A stretch of 64,000 bases of DNA, taken from assembly GCA_040218735.1 (NCBI GenBank), contig JAVJQW010000011.1, positions 128,001 to 192,000 on the forward strand, read 5' to 3'. The notes beneath the pieces were generated by a model, which was not told where the DNA came from, ran no database searches, and worked only from the letters and a program-made list of their open reading frames with translations. The position numbers and the translations under genes were made by a program. Shown here one piece after another: positions 48,289-57,897 of the stretch (position 1 is the first letter of the stretch; every line of letters starts with the position of its first letter). The stretch comes from Deltaproteobacteria bacterium. Its GTDB lineage: Bacteria > Myxococcota > Kuafuiibacteriia > Kuafuiibacteriales > Kuafuiibacteriaceae.

Positions 48289-48342
48289 GGCTCGCGATGC
48301 TCGCACGAATCGACGGCGCAGGCATGGTAACGTTCGGCGTCG

Positions 48343-48879
48343 ATGTGGACCTGTGGCCTGTTCGTCCTGCTCGCGCTCGCGACACCCCAGGACTTCGACA
48401 AGGACGGCGTCGCGGACGTGGACGACGACTGCCCGACGGACCCGGGCAACCCGGCCAACAAGGGCTGCCCCGGGGACACGCCGCCTCCCCCGCCGCCGCC
48501 TCCCGCGACGCCCGCGAAGATCGAGGTGTCGGGCGACCGCATCGAGATCGACGACACGATCGAGTTCAAGAGCGGGAGCGCCCGGGTCGATCCGAAGAGC
48601 TTTCAGCTCCTGGCGGAGGTCGCCGCCGCGATCCGCGGCCTCCCCGGTGCGCAGCGGGTCTCGGTCGAGGGCCACACCGACAACCGCGGAAGCGCCAAGC
48701 TCAACCGGCGGTTGTCGAAACAGCGCGCGCGCGCGGTCGTCGCCCACCTGGTGCGCAACGGGGTGGACCGGCGTCGCCTGAAGTTCGAAGGACACGGTGA
48801 GGATGACCCGATCGCCACCAACGACACCCCCGCCGGCCGCAAGAAGAACCGCCGCGTGGATTTCCTCATCCTGCCTTAG
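48343..48879 (+). CDS. OmpA-family protein with TSP3-like repeat
   Basis: DFDKDGVADVDDDCP, VEGHTD, LSKQRA and NRRVDF. Confidence 0.9.
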   Translation: MWTCGLFVLLALATPQDFDKDGVADVDDDCPTDPGNPANKGCPGDTPPPPPPPPATPAKIEVSGDRIEIDDTIEFKSGSARVDPKSFQLLAEVAAAIRGLPGAQRVSVEGHTDNRGSAKLNRRLSKQRARAVVAHLVRNGVDRRRLKFEGHGEDDPIATNDTPAGRKKNRRVDFLILP

Positions 48880-49579
48880 CCTCGCGGCGATCGGCTGCAC
48901 GGCCCAGCCGCCCGAGATCCTCGACGCGATCGTCACCGGCTTGGAGCGGGGCGATCTGTCGCCGGCGAAGAAGTCGATCGACCCCGAATACGCCGATCCC
49001 CTCGGCGACCGCGACGTGCTGCTCGAAGACCTCGCCGGCTTCGTCGAAAAGTACGGCAAGCGAAAGCTGGCTTTCACCGACCTGACGACCGGCGCCGACC
49101 CCAGCGCGCTGACGGCGACGCTCACGGGGCGCATGGACCTCGAGCTCGTCGGGCGCCCCACCTGGAAGGTCGTCGGGCCGGCGCAGCTGGAGTTCCGCCG
49201 GCAGGGCGCGTTCTTCGTGCGCAGCGGCCTGTTGTCCCACGTCCGCGACATCCAGCGGCTCATGGCGGCCCGCCGCGCCGCCCTCGAAGCCAACGATGCC
49301 GAGCAGATGCGCCCCCTGCTGCACCCCCGCTACCGCGACCAAGACCTCGACGCCGACGACGCCGTCGAGCGCCTCGCCGCCGACCTGTCGGGGGTTCCCG
49401 TTCGACTGGAGGTGACGAACTACCGGGTCGAGCTGCGGGGCCCGACCGCCCACGTCGACGAGCACTACATCCTTTCGGTCAGGGACAAACGCATGCCGCC
49501 GAGCGTCGCCCGCTTCACGCTCGCCCGAACGGCGGGACGCTGGAAGATCATCGCCGGCCTGTACCCCGAACGGCCTTGA
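48803..49579 (+). CDS. Probable lipoprotein with two NTF2/SnoaL-like domains
   Basis: Lipobox AAIGC and a twofold repeat (IDPEYAD / LHPRYRD) ending in GRWKII. Start uncertain; overlaps ompA. Confidence 0.6.
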   Translation: MTRSPPTTPPPAARRTAAWISSSCLSLAAIGCTAQPPEILDAIVTGLERGDLSPAKKSIDPEYADPLGDRDVLLEDLAGFVEKYGKRKLAFTDLTTGADPSALTATLTGRMDLELVGRPTWKVVGPAQLEFRRQGAFFVRSGLLSHVRDIQRLMAARRAALEANDAEQMRPLLHPRYRDQDLDADDAVERLAADLSGVPVRLEVTNYRVELRGPTAHVDEHYILSVRDKRMPPSVARFTLARTAGRWKIIAGLYPERP

Positions 49580-49612
49580 ACCGGGGTGTCGTTCAGCATA
49601 GGGTCCGGCGAA

Positions 49613-50536
49613 ATGCCGCAGGCGTACGCCCTGAGATTCATCTCCGGCAAGTACCAGGGCGGAGAGTTCCCGCTCACGAACGACCGCGAGATCGTCATTG
49701 GCCGGTCCTCGGAGCTGGACATGGTCCTCGTCGAGGACATGGTGTCGCGCAAGCACGCCAAGATCGCGACGCACACCGGACAGATCGTGATCATGGACAT
49801 GGGGTCCACGAATGGGACCTTCGTCAACGGCGAGAAGATCCGGAAGACCCGTCTCAAAGAGGGTGATCGCATCCTGATCGGGACGTCGATCCTCAAGGTC
49901 GTCGCTGCGTCCTCCAACGGCCCCGTCTCCCAGTCCGTCGCGCGGGAGCGCCTCGAAGAGGTCGGCAAGTCCGACGCGGGCAAGCAGTCCTCGATGAGCG
50001 GTACGCTCGAGGAGGTCCCGATCCCGGACCTGCTCCAGCTGTTCTCCACGTCGAAGCGCACCGGCGTCCTGCACATCAAGTCGGACCTCGGCTACGGCAA
50101 GATCTACCTGCGCAACGGGAACATCTTCTACGCGTCGATCGACGACGACCACGACCTCGGTCCGATGAAGGCCCTGTGTCGCATCGTCGGTTGGGAAGAA
50201 GGCACGTTCGAGTTCGGACCGCCGGAGCCGGACGCCGAGTTCATGCTCGAGCTCGAAGACACCACGGAGTCCCTCCTCATGGAGGCGCTCCGCCAGCTCG
50301 ACGAGTTCCGGCGCATCGCACCGAACCTCCCCGCGCCGCACGAGCGCCTCGCGCTCCCGCGCCCGCTCGAACCGCTCCTGTCGAACCTCAAGGCGCTCGA
50401 GCTCGACGTCTTCCAGCTCATCCACAACCACGGGATGGCGCAGCACGTGTTCGATCAGTCCCCCGCGACGGACTACGAGACCGCCTCGGCGCTGCTGTCG
50501 TTGGTGTCGCAGGGTTACGTGCTTCGCGGCAGCTGA
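49613..50536 (+). CDS. FHA domain + DUF4388 (PATAN-like) protein
   Basis: IGRS, VSRKHA and GSTNGTFVNG (FHA); MSGTLEEVPIPDLLQL...TGVL...W-x-x-G-x-F (DUF4388). Confidence 0.92.
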   Translation: MPQAYALRFISGKYQGGEFPLTNDREIVIGRSSELDMVLVEDMVSRKHAKIATHTGQIVIMDMGSTNGTFVNGEKIRKTRLKEGDRILIGTSILKVVAASSNGPVSQSVARERLEEVGKSDAGKQSSMSGTLEEVPIPDLLQLFSTSKRTGVLHIKSDLGYGKIYLRNGNIFYASIDDDHDLGPMKALCRIVGWEEGTFEFGPPEPDAEFMLELEDTTESLLMEALRQLDEFRRIAPNLPAPHERLALPRPLEPLLSNLKALELDVFQLIHNHGMAQHVFDQSPATDYETASALLSLVSQGYVLRGS

Positions 50537-50566
50537 CGCGCCGAACCACGACGACGCGGATCGCGT

Positions 50567-51247
50567 CTACTCACCTTCACGCACGGGGTAGAGGCTCGGA
50601 GGGAAGTTCCCCGCGATGCCGCCGGACTGGTACTCGATGAAGTAGACGAGCGACCAGATGATCTCCTTCGAGAGGCGGTTCTCCCACGCGGGCATCTCGG
50701 AGTTGTTGCCGTTCACGACCTTCCCGCCCTTCGAGATCATTCGGAACATGTCCGCGTGCTGGCGCTGCTGGCCAAAGAAGAAACCTTGGCCCCCGCCCCA
50801 GTCGGACGGCGGCGGCGGCATGCTGCGCGCGTCCGTCAGGCGACGCCGACCGCCGTGGCACTCGTTACAGAGCGCGGTCCACACCGACGCGGTCTCGATC
50901 GCGGTCTGCTCGTCCCAGAAGATCGCCGGGGCCCGGCGCTCGCTGATCTCCTCGTCGCGTTTCTTCGCCTGGACCAGGCTCAACCCCAGACGCTCACCGC
51001 GGAACTCGAACCACCGATCGCCGAGGTGCACGTCGAGCGCGCGGACGCGCTCCTCTTCCTTCCGCGTCAGCTCATAGGCCCGGCGGATCGGCGCGGGGTT
51101 CGACGCCCCCGGCTCCACGGTCGGCTCGATCGCGTCGGCGCCTGCGGGTTCGATCACCGCGCCCGAGTCGTTCTGGGCCGGTGCCGCGCACGCGGCGAAC
51201 GCGAGCGCCGTCAGGAGGACCTGCCCCCTTCGACGACCGACATTCAT
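50567..51247 (-). CDS. Monoheme cytochrome c lipoprotein (paralog of 59547..60065)
   Basis: Lipobox AFAAC, CNECH and MPAW...LS...IW-x-LV. Confidence 0.85.
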   Translation of the reverse strand: MNVGRRRGQVLLTALAFAACAAPAQNDSGAVIEPAGADAIEPTVEPGASNPAPIRRAYELTRKEEERVRALDVHLGDRWFEFRGERLGLSLVQAKKRDEEISERRAPAIFWDEQTAIETASVWTALCNECHGGRRRLTDARSMPPPPSDWGGGQGFFFGQQRQHADMFRMISKGGKVVNGNNSEMPAWENRLSKEIIWSLVYFIEYQSGGIAGNFPPSLYPVREGE

Positions 51248-52152
51248 GGGTAGGAACCGTACGGCTTGCCGAACTTGTTCTTGTGCGTGCCCGTGCGCTT
51301 CGTCAGTGCGAGCTCGACGGACGCCGAACCGCTCCCGACGTTCGCCCACGCCGACGCGACCTCTGCGCCCGGCGCCCACGCGACGATCTTGCGCTTGCCC
51401 GTGGGCACGCCGTCGATTCGGAACGTCCCGTCCGGCTGCACCTTCGCGAAGTGCCGGTTCGGGAGGATCAACACCGACGCCGCCATGCGCGGGTGGATGT
51501 TGCAGTAGAGGTCGACCACGCCCGGGCTCATGAAGCGGTACGACTTCGCGCCCTCGCCCGCGCGGTACAGACCGAGGTCGAACGTGTTGCCCGGCGAGAG
51601 GGAGAAGACGTTGTGGTAGATCGCGTCGAGGTTCGGGAACTCGACCGTCGTCCCGCGCTCGATCACCGCCCAGTTCGGCGCGAAGCGTTTGTTCTGCTGT
51701 TTGATCGTGACGGAGCGGTTCTTCACCGCGCGACCGCGCACGTTCTCGATGAACACGTACGCGACGGGCTCGCCCTTCGGCACGCTCACCTTCCCCTCGA
51801 CGGTGCCGCCGCCTCGGCTCGAGGTCGAACGACGCGAGGTCGTGGGTGGCGGCGCCTTGCGCGCCTTGGGCGGTGGAGGCGGCGGGGCCGAGCGCCCGTC
51901 CGTCTTCTCGGCGACCGCAGTCGAGCCCGCCGTTCGGTTCAGCAACCGACGCAGGACCTCCGAGCGACGTTTATCGAGCTCCGCGAGCTCGGACAGCGCC
52001 ACGCGCATGGATTCGAGATCGATCTTCAGCTGGCTGACTTCCCGTCGCAGCGCTTCCACGGTCTCGGCGGAAGCACCTTCCTCCTGAGCGAAGGTCCCGG
52101 CGGGGAGCGCAACACCGACCGCAGTCACCCAGGCGATCGTGGTCCTCTTCAT
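51244..52152 (-). CDS. Secreted MauL-like cupredoxin/carboxypeptidase-regulatory-fold protein with N-terminal coiled coil
   Basis: Signal peptide; Q-x-x-K-x-F-x-P, FPNLD-x-x-YHNVFS, FDLGLY and YCNIHPRM (His/Cys/His/Met). Confidence 0.82.
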   Translation of the reverse strand: MKRTTIAWVTAVGVALPAGTFAQEEGASAETVEALRREVSQLKIDLESMRVALSELAELDKRRSEVLRRLLNRTAGSTAVAEKTDGRSAPPPPPPKARKAPPPTTSRRSTSSRGGGTVEGKVSVPKGEPVAYVFIENVRGRAVKNRSVTIKQQNKRFAPNWAVIERGTTVEFPNLDAIYHNVFSLSPGNTFDLGLYRAGEGAKSYRFMSPGVVDLYCNIHPRMAASVLILPNRHFAKVQPDGTFRIDGVPTGKRKIVAWAPGAEVASAWANVGSGSASVELALTKRTGTHKNKFGKPYGSYP

Positions 52153-53066
52153 CACGCCCTCCACGCGTACCACAGGAGCGCGATGCTCGCGACGCCGGTC
52201 AGAGCCATCAAACCGATCAGCGCGATCACCACACCGAAGAAGTCCGGCGCCACGACGTGGTGGGGAACCAACCACACCACCCGCGCCGCAGCGCCGTCCG
52301 CGAGGTCTCGCACGATGAAGGCGTAGTCTGCGTCGGTGCTGTTCGCCAGCAGTCGCGCGACGACCGGCGACGGTGGTGCGCTCGCGCTCGCGGCCGAGAC
52401 CTCCCGACCGATCACCAACGCACCGTGTACGGAGAGCGCAGCCTCGATCGCCGTGAACGTCTCCGCGGGCACCGCGTTCCCGACGAGGAGCACGCCCGCG
52501 AGGCGGGGCCCGAGACGGACCCGCGCGGCGCCGATGTTCATGGCGCTGGTGCCGTAGGTCCACGACCCACCGGCCATGTCCTCGCCCCCGAGCAGTCGCT
52601 TGACGACCTCGGAGGTCGACAGGTCGATCCCCTCGAGCTTCTGTTCCCCCGACGCCGCCGTCACCACCCCGGCCGGCGTCAGCAACGCGAGCAGCCCGGC
52701 GCCGCTGCTCGCCCGCACGTCGTCGAGGAGATCCCGCAGCGTCGCGGCGTCGATCCCCGGCGTCGCGAGCGTCGCGCGGACGCGACCGTCGTTGGCGATC
52801 ACCGCGGCCTGCGACTCCAAGAGGTGATGCGCGGAGTCCTGCGACTGCTGGAACATGTGCTCCGCTGCCACGAGGCGGGCGTCGTCGATCGTTTGGTAAC
52901 CGGCGCGGAGCCGCACCACACCGAAGAACGCAAACGCCCCGGCGGCCACGGTCAGCGCGACGGCGACCGCGATCCACCCCTTCGACGCCGACGGCGCCGG
53001 TTCGGGGGTCACGGTCCGCGTCGCGTTCGCTTCGAGGACCTGTAGATGCAACGGGGACCGAGTCAC
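52152..53066 (-). CDS. Two-TM membrane protein with Cache-like extracytoplasmic domain and no cytoplasmic output domain
   Basis: TM1, long helix, D-x-ATL-x-D-x-L and LALLTPAG-x-V, then TM2 and a stop a few residues later. Confidence 0.62.
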   Translation of the reverse strand: MTRSPLHLQVLEANATRTVTPEPAPSASKGWIAVAVALTVAAGAFAFFGVVRLRAGYQTIDDARLVAAEHMFQQSQDSAHHLLESQAAVIANDGRVRATLATPGIDAATLRDLLDDVRASSGAGLLALLTPAGVVTAASGEQKLEGIDLSTSEVVKRLLGGEDMAGGSWTYGTSAMNIGAARVRLGPRLAGVLLVGNAVPAETFTAIEAALSVHGALVIGREVSAASASAPPSPVVARLLANSTDADYAFIVRDLADGAAARVVWLVPHHVVAPDFFGVVIALIGLMALTGVASIALLWYAWRA

Positions 53067-54835
53067 GTTCCCTCCATGACTTCGATCGTCTGCGTGCCGC
53101 TGAGCACCTCGATCGTCTTGCTGGTCAGGATGTCGTCGGGCGTCTCGACGCGGAGGCGGTGTGCTCCGACCTCCAGCTCGACCGTCGCCCCGACCGCGAC
53201 GGGCTCGTCGTCGATGAACAGGGTCGCGCCGTCCGGCACCCCCGCGAAGGACACGCGCCCCACGGTGGACTGCAACGCGAAGTCGAGGCGCTTCGACTTG
53301 TCACCGACCTCGACCGTCGCGCTCTTCGGGACGTGCCCGGGTTTTTCGACGCGGATCTGTACGCTGCGCCCGCGCAGCAGATCGGAGAGCACGGTCGGCG
53401 TGAAGACGCCGCGCGGCTGCCCGTCGACGAACACCATCGCGCCGGGCGGCGTCGAGGCGACCGCGACCGTTCCGTAACGCACGACCGGATTCGCGGGCGA
53501 CTCCGATTCGCCGCCGAGCACGAACGCGAGACCGCCGAACGCGAGGAGCACCGCGAGGCACACGCCGATGACCCAGCCCATCGAACGCCGCGGCGGGGCC
53601 GCTTCCGGGTTCACGGTCTCGGAGATGATCGACACGTCGACGAAGGATGCGGAAGGCTGCGCGGTGATCGACGAGCCCCCCGCCGCGGACGTCGACCACA
53701 CCGGCCTCGAGTGCGTCACGGTCCGCACGGGCTCCGAGACGTCGAGCGCCGACTCGACCTGCGACCGCTTGGTGCGACGGCTCATTCGGATCGCGGCGGC
53801 GACGTTGCGCTCGAGATCCATCCCCTGCGCGACGGCGCGCTTCACGGCGGCGGCTTCGTCACCGAACAGCGACGTCAGCCACACGCCCGTCTCCCGCGCG
53901 CTGGGGCGGTTCGCGTGTAGCGCGAAGTACTCGTCGAGCGCGCTCGCGAGCGCCTCGGCGCTCGCGAAGCGTCGATCCGGATCGCGTTCCAACGCGCGCA
54001 TCACGATGCGGTCGACGATCTCGGGGAGCTCCGATCGTTGTCCGCTCGGCAGCGGGACGGCGGCGGTGCGCACCGCTTCGACCGTGAGCGCCTCCGCCTT
54101 CCGCTTGAAGAGCGGCTTCGTCATCAGCAGCTCCCACAGGAGTATGCCGAGCGCGAAGACGTCGGTGCGGCGATCGATCTTTCCGTCGACCAACTGCTCG
54201 GGTGCGGAGTGCGCGAGCTTGCCCTTGAAGCCACCGATGCGTGTGTCGCCGCGGTCGAGCATCGTCGCCTTCGCGATGCCGAAGTCGAGCACCTTCACGT
54301 CGCCGTGGTAGGTGACGATCACATTCGACGGGCTGATGTCTCGGTGAACGAGGTTCATCGGGTTGCCGTGCGGGTCCCGGAACTCGTGTGCGTAGTGCAG
54401 CCCTTCGGCGCACTGTTGGACGATCGCACACGCCATGCGGGTGGGCACGACGATCTGCTGCTTACGGCAACGCCGCAGGATCGACAGGACGTCCTCACCC
54501 GGCAGGTACTCCATCGCGATGAAGTACTGCCCGTCCGACTCGCCGAGCTCGTGGGTCGCGACGACGTTCGGGTGGTGCAGCTGCGCTGCGATGCGCGCCT
54601 CGTCGAGGAACATCGCCTTGAAACGTTTGCTCTTCGCGAGGTGCGGCAGGACGCGCTTGAGCACGACGATCTTCGTGAACCCTTCGATGCCCTCCTGGAC
54701 GGCGATGTAGATGTTCGCCATCCCGCCCTGCGCGAGTTTGCCGACGAGGCGGTAGCGGCCGATCGTGCGACCGGTCAGGCCTTCGTCCCAATCGCCCGTA
54801 TCGGCCGCAGACCCATGTTCCCAACCCGTGCTCAC
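53063..54835 (-). CDS. Hanks-type Ser/Thr kinase with TM helix and PEGA domain
   Basis: LAQGGMA, VVLK, HRDISPSN, DFG, APE, TM, and STPPGAMVFVDG...TP (PEGA). Start uncertain (GTG 54835 or 54883). Confidence 0.93.
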   Translation of the reverse strand: MSTGWEHGSAADTGDWDEGLTGRTIGRYRLVGKLAQGGMANIYIAVQEGIEGFTKIVVLKRVLPHLAKSKRFKAMFLDEARIAAQLHHPNVVATHELGESDGQYFIAMEYLPGEDVLSILRRCRKQQIVVPTRMACAIVQQCAEGLHYAHEFRDPHGNPMNLVHRDISPSNVIVTYHGDVKVLDFGIAKATMLDRGDTRIGGFKGKLAHSAPEQLVDGKIDRRTDVFALGILLWELLMTKPLFKRKAEALTVEAVRTAAVPLPSGQRSELPEIVDRIVMRALERDPDRRFASAEALASALDEYFALHANRPSARETGVWLTSLFGDEAAAVKRAVAQGMDLERNVAAAIRMSRRTKRSQVESALDVSEPVRTVTHSRPVWSTSAAGGSSITAQPSASFVDVSIISETVNPEAAPPRRSMGWVIGVCLAVLLAFGGLAFVLGGESESPANPVVRYGTVAVASTPPGAMVFVDGQPRGVFTPTVLSDLLRGRSVQIRVEKPGHVPKSATVEVGDKSKRLDFALQSTVGRVSFAGVPDGATLFIDDEPVAVGATVELEVGAHRLRVETPDDILTSKTIEVLSGTQTIEVMEGT

Positions 54836-54953
54836 GACGTCGTTCGTATCCGCCGGAAAAGGTAACGAGGTTCCGAGGTTCACGCCAGCAACTCGTGTGG
54901 ACCGCGGGGGCGCGATTCGTATAGCAGTGAAGGCGGTGGCACGAAGTGACTCG

Positions 54954-56435
54954 ATGCTTCGCCGACTGACGCGCCTCGGAGGAGGCGGTGGTCGAAGTGC
55001 GCTCGAGAAGGCCCAACGCGCCATCGCCGCCAACGACCCGCGCACCGCAGCCGTGCACACCGAAGAGGCGTTTCGTCGCCTGTCCCCCGACGACGGCACC
55101 TCCTGGCTCCACCTGGGCGATCTCGTCACGATGCTGGATCGCCTCGAATCCGCCCAGCTCGCCTACGAACGTGCCGCACAGGACGCACGCGTTCGACCCA
55201 CCGCGCTCGCGCGACTCGCGGCGCTTCACCTGCAGGAGGACCGCGGCGCGGACGCGGAGCAGGTCGCCACGATGGGGCTCGAAACCGCACCGCGCGACCC
55301 GATGCTGCGCTGGCTTCAGGCGCTCGGCGTGGAGAGGACCCGGGGGGCCGGTGCCGCACTGGAGCTGTTGCTCGACCTCGCACACGACGAACCGGAGTTC
55401 GTGCACGCGTACCGCGACGTAGGACGACTCTCGGCGAAGACCGACGACGTGTATGCATGCATCGAAGCCTGGCGCCGCGTGGTCGAGCTCGCGCCGGACG
55501 ACTTGGAGGCGCAGACCGCGCTGGGGATCGCGCTGACGGAGGCCGGCGAGAACGACTACGGCGTGGAGGTGCTGGAGCGCGTCGTCGCGCGGAGGGGCGA
55601 TCACCCGCCGTACGTCGCCAACCTCGGGCTCGCGCTGTTCCGGTCCCGGCGCCACGACGAAGCGCTCGACGTCCTGGAGCGAGCGACGGCGCGTTGGCCC
55701 GACGAAGCCCACGTGCTCGTCAACCTGGGCGTCGTGCTCGAGCAGCTCGAACACTACGACCGAGCGGTCACGGTGCTCCGTCGCGCCGTGGACGTCGCGC
55801 CGCACTTCGCACCGGCTCATTTCAACCTCGGCCACGCCCTGTCCGGCCGCGGTGAGACCGGCGCGGCCGCGCTCGCCTTCGCCCGGGCGGCGGAGCTGGC
55901 GCCCGACGACCCCGAGATCCTGGCCGCGCGGCCCCCGGACGCGATGGAGGACAGCCTCACGGGGACGCTGTCTTCGTTGTCCTTGGATGCGCTCGTCGAG
56001 CTGATTCGCGCCCGGCGCACGAGCGGGCGCCTGATGATCGTGACGCCGGACGGCAACGCCTCGGCGCTGCACCTCGTCGAAGGCCAGGTGAGCTCGGCGC
56101 ACGCGACGGGCATCGATCTCGTCGACCGCATCGTTCGCAACGGTCTCGCGTCGCCGAACTTCCTCGATCGCATCGAAGACGACATCGACCCCCACCGTCA
56201 CCCCGAGCGCGTGGGTGCCTTACTCGTAAGGAGGTTCGGCGCAGACCCGGCAGCTTGGCGTCGAGTCCTCCTGCAGCATACGGAAGTGTCTCTCGCGCGC
56301 ATGCTCCACCAGCGCGACGGGCGCTTTACGCTCGTCCACGAGTCGTTCCCGTCGTTCGGAATCGACGCCGATCCGCGATCGCTCATCGCGAAGATTCGCA
56401 GCGAGCAGACCCAAGACTTCGATCGGGATCGCTGA
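54954..56435 (+). CDS. TPR-repeat protein with C-terminal DUF4388-like domain
   Basis: Multiple TPRs (NLG-x-x-L...A...P), then LTGTLSSLSLDALVELI...SGRL...GRF. Confidence 0.82.
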   Translation: MLRRLTRLGGGGGRSALEKAQRAIAANDPRTAAVHTEEAFRRLSPDDGTSWLHLGDLVTMLDRLESAQLAYERAAQDARVRPTALARLAALHLQEDRGADAEQVATMGLETAPRDPMLRWLQALGVERTRGAGAALELLLDLAHDEPEFVHAYRDVGRLSAKTDDVYACIEAWRRVVELAPDDLEAQTALGIALTEAGENDYGVEVLERVVARRGDHPPYVANLGLALFRSRRHDEALDVLERATARWPDEAHVLVNLGVVLEQLEHYDRAVTVLRRAVDVAPHFAPAHFNLGHALSGRGETGAAALAFARAAELAPDDPEILAARPPDAMEDSLTGTLSSLSLDALVELIRARRTSGRLMIVTPDGNASALHLVEGQVSSAHATGIDLVDRIVRNGLASPNFLDRIEDDIDPHRHPERVGALLVRRFGADPAAWRRVLLQHTEVSLARMLHQRDGRFTLVHESFPSFGIDADPRSLIAKIRSEQTQDFDRDR

Positions 56436-56468
56436 GTCAGAACGACCTCGTCGCCTTGCTGGCCTCTA

Positions 56469-57881
56469 GTGATTGAGCTATTCCGACCGTCGGTGAGAAG
56501 CGCGACGATCGCGGTAGTCCTGCCCCTGCTCCTCCTCGCGTCCACGGCGCACGCTCAAGAAGACGACGACGGCGGGAGTGACATCGCGCCAAGCCTTCCT
56601 CCGATCGAAGACGAAGAGTCCGATCCGGCGCTCGACGAGATTTACGATCGCCTCGACGAGATCGAGGAACGCCTCAACGGTCCCGACCCGTCGACGTACG
56701 CGATCCGTGGAATCGAAGTGGACCTGAACGGCTACGTCGACTTCGGCTTCTTCGTTCCGATCGGCAACGACGGTGTCGGTTGGGTGCAGGACTTCGGCAA
56801 CGCCGCGTTCCCCGAGTACCAAGGTCAGTACGGCTGGGTCTTCCTGGGCGACATCCTCGCGACGACCGTCAACTCACGCGGTGAGGCGGCGGACCTCGGC
56901 GACGCACCGGGCGCGAACCGATTCGACTCGATCAACTCGCGCGGCGCGCCCGGCTTCGCCGTCAACGAGTTCAACCTTCGGCTCCAAGCGGAGCTCGGCG
57001 CCGACGTCGTGCTGCGCACCAGCGTCAACTTCGTCCCCCGCACCGGCAACGAGTTCGCGCTCGGCGACTTCGTCGAAGTCGACCTCGCGGAGATGGAGTG
57101 GATCCTGACCGAGGACGGCGGCACTTCGATCTTCGTCGGCAAGTCGCTGCCGACGTTCGGCATCGAGTACAAGATTCGGAAGTCGGATCAGCGGCGCGGC
57201 GTCACGCCGTCCTTGATCCACCGCTACACGTCGGGCTCGCAGCTCGGCCTCAAGATTCGCAGCAAGCTGCTCGACGACTGGGTCGTGCTGGCGGCGTCGG
57301 TCACGAACAACTCGATGACGACCGAGCAGTTCCACTTCTACGACGAGATCGACAGCAACATCGGCAAGACGCTCAACGGTCGCGCGGCGGTGCGCATCCC
57401 GATCGGTCGCTTCATCTCCGCCGCCACCGGGCACACGTTGGAGATCGGCGCGTCGGGAACGTTCGGCGCGCAGGACCGCGCGCTCGATAGCGAGGACAAC
57501 ATGTGGTTCGTCGGCGTGGACTTCGAGTACCGCGCGACGTCCTTCGGTGTGCGCGGCCAGTGGATCCGCGGCGGCGCCCCCGGCAACCCGGAGGACGGCG
57601 TGTGGATGCTGGACCTGAACGACTCCGGGTACGTCGAGCTCGACTGGCTCGTGTTGCCGTTCCTCGGGCTCCACGTGCGCGGCGGGATGCGCGACGCGTT
57701 CGTCGCGCTCGGGACCGAGCGCGCCTATCTCACCAAGAACTACCGCGTCACGGCGGGTGCGCAGTTCGTGTTCACCCCGCAGATCACGCTGAAGACCGAA
57801 TATCTCTACAACGGAGAGTTTGGTGGCGTGGCATCCTTTACCAACGACATCTTCACTTCGTCGTTGCTGCTGAAGTTCTGA
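56469..57881 (+). CDS. Outer-membrane beta-barrel (porin-like) with N-terminal coiled coil
   Basis: Signal peptide ending TAHA, LDEIYDRLDEIEERL, amphipathic strands, TLKTEY, and C-terminal Phe (LLLKF). Confidence 0.8.
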   Translation: MIELFRPSVRSATIAVVLPLLLLASTAHAQEDDDGGSDIAPSLPPIEDEESDPALDEIYDRLDEIEERLNGPDPSTYAIRGIEVDLNGYVDFGFFVPIGNDGVGWVQDFGNAAFPEYQGQYGWVFLGDILATTVNSRGEAADLGDAPGANRFDSINSRGAPGFAVNEFNLRLQAELGADVVLRTSVNFVPRTGNEFALGDFVEVDLAEMEWILTEDGGTSIFVGKSLPTFGIEYKIRKSDQRRGVTPSLIHRYTSGSQLGLKIRSKLLDDWVVLAASVTNNSMTTEQFHFYDEIDSNIGKTLNGRAAVRIPIGRFISAATGHTLEIGASGTFGAQDRALDSEDNMWFVGVDFEYRATSFGVRGQWIRGGAPGNPEDGVWMLDLNDSGYVELDWLVLPFLGLHVRGGMRDAFVALGTERAYLTKNYRVTAGAQFVFTPQITLKTEYLYNGEFGGVASFTNDIFTSSLLLKF

Positions 57882-57897
57882 AGCGAGGTCATTCGAG

